This document shows, piece by piece, positions 20,981 to 24,765 of a stretch of 24,765 nucleotides of DNA. The stretch's first letter is position 1, and each line of letters opens with the position of its first letter. A model generated the notes under the pieces. It did no database searches. It was not told where the DNA came from and worked only from the letters and a program-made list of their open reading frames with translations. Source of the stretch: Octopus sinensis (taxonomy: Eukaryota). The translations under genes were made by a program, and so were the position numbers. The stretch spans positions 1-24,765 of the forward strand of contig NW_021836270.1 of the NCBI RefSeq assembly GCF_006345805.1, given 5' to 3'.

Positions 20981-21079
20981 TTTTAAATCTCTCTGTTTTT
21001 AAATTTAAGTATCAACCTTCATATCTATGAACCTGCCTGTCTCTCAGTTTTATCTAGCTGGATGGCAGGCTAACTCTAC

Positions 21080-21505
21080 GTCTGTCTGTCTTTATATCTT
21101 TGTCTGTCTATCTGTCTGTCTGTCTCTCTCGATCCATCTATCCATCCATCCATCCATCCATCCGTCCGTCCGTCCGTCTGTCAGTCTGTCTATCTATCCA
21201 TCTATCCATCCATCCATCCATCCGTCCGTCCGTCTGTCAGTCTGTCTATCCATCTATCTATCTATCTATCTATCAATCCATCTGCCTGTCTGTCTATCTA
21301 TCTGTCTATCTGTCTGTCTATCTATCCATCCATCCATCCATCCATCCATCCATCCATCCATCCATCCATCCATCCGTCTGTCTGTCTGTCTGTCTGTCTG
21401 ACTGACTGTCTATCTGTCTATATGTCTGTCTATGTATGTATGTAGGTATCTGTCTATTTATATGCTTATCTCGCTGCATATCTACCAGTCTGTCTGTCTG
21501 TTTGT
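21080..21505. repeat. Mosaic tetranucleotide microsatellite (TCTG/TCTA/TCCA/TCCG)
   Basis: Seen directly; the TCTA-TCCA-TCCG-TCTG block is duplicated. Confidence 0.95.
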
Positions 21506-21581
21506 CTATCACTATCGAAAGAAACAGGCCTACTGACAGCCTTCTGTTTCTTGCATTTCTCGCTATCTGTCTCCTCATCTC

Positions 21582-21618
<37 letters not shown>

Positions 21619-21694
21619 CAAGCTGCATCACAAGTAGGGCATTGTGTCGAGAGAGTACAGCAACAGAGAAGAAAAAAAGCATTCATATGGACTA

Positions 21695-22309
21695 GGTGTG
21701 TCTGTATGTGTATTTGTTTACATGTGTGTATGTGAGTATATGTGTTTGTGTGTGCGTGCGTGTGTGTGTGTGCGCACGTGTGTGCGCACGTGTGTGCCTG
21801 TGTGTGTGTGTATGCATGCACAGATGTGTGTGTGTGTGTGTGCATGTGTGCCTGTGTGTGTGTGTATGCATGCACAGATGTGTGTGTGTGTGTGCCTGCG
21901 CAGATGTGTGTGTGTGTGCATATGTATGTGCATGTGTGTGTGTGTGTGAGCATGTGTGTGTGCCTGTGTGTGTGTGTATGCATGCACAGATGTGTGTGTG
22001 TGTGTGCATGTGTGCCTCTGTGTGTGTGTATGCATGCACAGATGTGTGTGTGTGTGTGCCTGCGCAGATTGTGTGTGTGCGTGCATATGTATGTGCATGT
22101 GTATGTGTGTGTGTGTGTGTGAGCATGTGTGTGTGTGTGTGTGTGCGGATGTGTGCCTGTGTGTGTATATGCATGCACAGATGTGTGTGTGTGCATGCGT
22201 ATTTATGTGCATGTGTGTGGTGTGTGTGTGTGTGTGTGCATGCAGATGTGTGTGTACCTGCGCAGATGTGTGTGTGCGTATGTATGTGCGTGTGTACGTG
22301 TGTGTGTGA
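21695..22309. repeat. (TG)n-based compound minisatellite with recurring TATGCATGCACAGAT and CCTGCGCAGAT blocks
   Basis: Seen directly; it explains the Cys/Val-rich and His/Thr-rich ORFs. Confidence 0.95.
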
Positions 22310-22310
22310 G

Positions 22311-22628
22311 TATTGGGATTGTGGTAAGAAGCTTGCTTCCTGACCACATGGTTCCAGGTTCAGTCCCGCTGCATAGCACCTTGGGAAAGTGTCTTCCGCT
22401 GTAGCCTTGGGCTGACCAAAGCCTTGTGAGTGGATTTCATAGACGGAAACTGAAAGAAGCTTGTTGTATGTATGTGTGTGTGTATATTTATGTGTGTGCG
22501 TGTCTTTGTGTCTGTGCTTGTTTCTCCACCCTTGCTTGACATCCAATACTGGTGTGTTTGCATATGCCTCGTAACTTAGCGGTTCAGCAAAAGACACTGA
22601 TAGAGTAAATATCAGGATTTTAAAAAAA
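22311..22628 (+). mobile_element. Family B SINE, followed by a second head fragment (22629-22690)
   Basis: GTGGTAAGAAGCTTGCTTCC..ACCACATGGTTCCAGGTTCAGTCCC..CACCTTGGGAAAGTGTCTTC..GACCAAAGCCTTGTGAG matches 9920-10294 on the minus strand. Confidence 0.82.
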
Positions 22629-22691
22629 CGTGGCTGTGTGGTAAGTAGCTTACTTTACCAGCCACATGGTTCCAGGTTCAATCCCACTGAA

Positions 22692-23325
22692 CATCGTCAT
22701 CATTTAACATCCACTTTCCCTGCTGGCATGGGTTAGATGATTAAACTGGAACTGCACCAGCCTCCAATCTGACTTTGGTTTGGTTTCTCCAGCTGGATGC
22801 CCTTCCTTACACCAACCATTCCAAGGGTGTAGTGGGTGCCGTTTGCATATCACCGGCAAGGGTGATTTTATGTGCCACTGGCATGGGTGCCTTTTATGTG
22901 GCACCAGCATGGGAGCTGTTATCGTCACTGACACTGACCACAACCATGATTTCACCTGACTTGGCATATCTTCTCAAGCACTGCATATTGTCAGAGGTCT
23001 TGATCACCAAAGGTTATTGCCTCCATGAGGCCCAACATTCAAACAAAATGCTTCACCACTTCATCCCATGTCTTCCTGAGTCTACCTCTTCCACAAGCTC
23101 CCTCCACAGTTAGAGAATAGCACTTCTTTTTGCAGCTGTCTTCATCCATACGAAACACATGACCATATCAATGCAGTCGTCTCTCTTGCACACCACATCT
23201 GATGCCTCTTATGGCCAACTTTTCTCTCAAAATTCTTACACTCTGTCGAACATGCACACTGACATTGCACATCCAGCAAAGCACACTAGATTCATTTCTG
23301 TCCAGGCTTTGACTGTCCTCACATA
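22692..23325 (-). mobile_element. RTE-clade LINE 3' end: degenerate ORF2 C-terminus (stop at 22952-22954), 3' UTR and GAT tail
   Basis: RNESSVLCWMCNVSVHVRQSVRILREKLAIRGIRCGVQERRLH*YGHVFRMDEDSC...VEGACGRGRLRKTWDEVVK...EKICQVR*, then GGCACATAAAA repeats and the AAGGAAGGGCATCCAGCTG tail. Confidence 0.88.
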
Positions 23326-23331
23326 CATACT

Positions 23332-23365
23332 TAGAGAGAGGGAGAGAGAAAAAGAGCAACGGAGG

Positions 23366-23406
<41 letters not shown>
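23332..23406. repeat. (GA)n microsatellite
   Basis: Seen directly. Confidence 0.95.
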
Positions 23407-23410
<4 letters not shown>

Positions 23411-23488
23411 GCAAAGCTGCATCGAAGTTGATCATGGTTTTGAATGAGAATCCCAGCCATAAATCTGGTGAGTCGAGATACAGTTCTG

Positions 23489-23550
23489 CTTACAACTTGC
23501 AAAATGCTTCATACATCTACAGATGTATGAAGCATTTTGCAAGTTGTAAG
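23489..23550. repeat. Perfect 30-bp inverted repeat with 2-nt spacer
   Basis: CTTACAACTTGCAAAATGCTTCATACATCT-AC-AGATGTATGAAGCATTTTGCAAGTTGTAAG. Confidence 0.97.
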
Positions 23551-23685
23551 GAAACTTTGAAATTGAAATGACAAACTCTGCCCTCAAAACCATTGGAAAC
23601 TGCATTTTTTTTTACACTTGGAAATATCCTCCTCCTCCTCCTCCTCCTCCTCCTGGCGAATGTTGTTTCCTATGTGGAAATGGAA

Positions 23686-24069
23686 GCACTCCGTCGGTTA
23701 CGACAACGAGGGTTCCGGTTGATCCAAATCAACGGAACAGCCTGCTCGTGAAATTAACGTGTAAGTGGCTGAGCACTCCACAGACACGTGCACTCTTAAC
23801 GTAGTTCTCGGGGATAGGATATTCAGCGTGACACAGAGAGTGACAAGGCCGGCCCCTTGAAATACAGGTACAACAGAAACAGGAAGTAAGAGTGAGAGAA
23901 AGTTGTGGTGAAAGAGTACAGCAGGGATCACCACCATCCCTGCCGGAGCCTCGTGGAGCTTTAGGTGTTTTCGCTCAATAAACACTCACAACGCCTGGTC
24001 TGGGAATCGAAACCGGGATCCTATGACCGCGAGTCCACTGCCCTAACCACTGGGCCATTGCGCCTCCAC
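23686..24069 (-). mobile_element. tRNA-headed SINE (family C-related), full length
   Basis: Minus-strand head GTGGAGGCGCAATGGCCCAGTGGTTAGGGCAG...GGTTTCGATTCCCAG; 3' region shared with 18224-18533. Confidence 0.85.
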
Positions 24070-24114
24070 ATGTTTCCTATAGCCTTTGGCTGATCAGTGT
24101 CTGGTGAGTAATAG

Positions 24115-24360
24115 TGGTTACCTTTGTGAGTTTTACTAACTCATAGGGGCTGGTTTCCCTGTTTCATGGCGTATATATTCCCCACCTAGAAACAATGCCA
24201 GTCTGTTGCCGGATTACTCATATTTGCCAGCTGAATGGACTGGTGCAACGTGAAATGAAGTGTTTTGCTCAAGAACACAATGCGTTGCTCAGTCCAGGAA
24301 TCGAAACCACAATTTTACAATCAAGAATCCAGTACCCTAACTACTAAGCCACGCAACTCC
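24115..24360 (-). mobile_element. tRNA-headed SINE with CORE-like TCTTGAGCAAAACACTT motif
   Basis: Minus-strand head GGAGTTGCGTGGCTTAGTAGTTAGGGTACT...GGTTTCGATTCCTGG, then CCAGTCCATTCAGCTGGC as in 18224-18360. Confidence 0.78.
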
Positions 24361-24364
24361 TTGT

Positions 24365-24540
24365 GTTAGCACGCCAGGCGAAATGCGTAGCCGTATTTCG
24401 TCTACCGCTACATTCTGAGTTCAAATTCCGCCGAGGTCGACTTTGCCTTTCATCCTTTCGGGGTCGATAAATTAAGTACCAGTTACGCACTGGGGTCGAT
24501 GTAATCGACTTAATCCGTTTGTTTGTCCCCTCTATGTTGA
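24365..24540 (+). mobile_element. Family A SINE, slightly 5'-truncated, variant 3' end
   Basis: GTTAGCACGCCAGGCGAAATGC...GAGTTCAAATTCCGCCGAGGTCGACTTTGCCTTTCATCCTTTCGGGGTCGATAAATTAAGTACCAG. Confidence 0.85.
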
Positions 24541-24765
24541 GGGGACAAGCTTCTTACCACACAGCCACACTTGCACCTATTTCAAGAATTAGCTGGAAGA
24601 ATTTATGGCTTTGGACTTTGGCATTTAGCGACGCGTATCTTGTTGGATGGGGAAATTCTTGTGGTGAATTGTCTCTGGAAGTTATTTCAAAACCTTTATA
24701 TTGCAATGCACTCCCCCCCTCTCTCTCCCTCTCCTTCCCTCCCTCTCTCTCTCTCTCTCTCTCTC

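Noticed and set aside
21318-22597. Cys/Val-rich and His/Thr-rich ORFs (metallothionein-like appearance)
   Set aside because: Dinucleotide (TG/CA)n read-through.
23990-24069. Functional tRNA gene (also the heads at ~10215-10294, ~18224-18290 and ~24290-24360)
   Set aside because: A/B-box-like motifs are present, but each runs into a SINE body and I could not fold a proper cloverleaf.

Overview
Eukaryotic, gene-poor, repeat-saturated DNA. The repeat families and microsatellite content look like an Octopus (cephalopod) genome; this is recognition from memory, not a database result. I find no supportable host protein-coding gene, true tRNA/rRNA or CRISPR array. Almost all long ORFs in the track are read-throughs of CAT/GAT, GGT, ATT, TA or CA microsatellites. 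The window contains: (i) eight minus-strand fragments of R4/Dong-like non-LTR retrotransposons, namely one RT piece and seven 5'-truncated 3' ends with CCHC and/or restriction-like endonuclease (RLE) sequence, the 3' ends sitting in (TAA)n tracts; (ii) RTE-clade LINE remnants and several isolated copies of their 3' UTR carrying internal ~62-bp and ~300-bp tandem repeats; (iii) at least three families of tRNA-headed SINEs; (iv) two long palindromes. The most unusual structure is a ~410-bp non-coding element present twice, each copy ending in an array of a 139-bp monomer (8 and 24 units). The monomers are nearly identical between the two loci although the element bodies are only roughly 85% identical, and each monomer carries a CCAAT/TATA promoter-like layout. 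Scattered 1-bp indels suggest residual long-read errors, so frameshifts and unit variants need caution.
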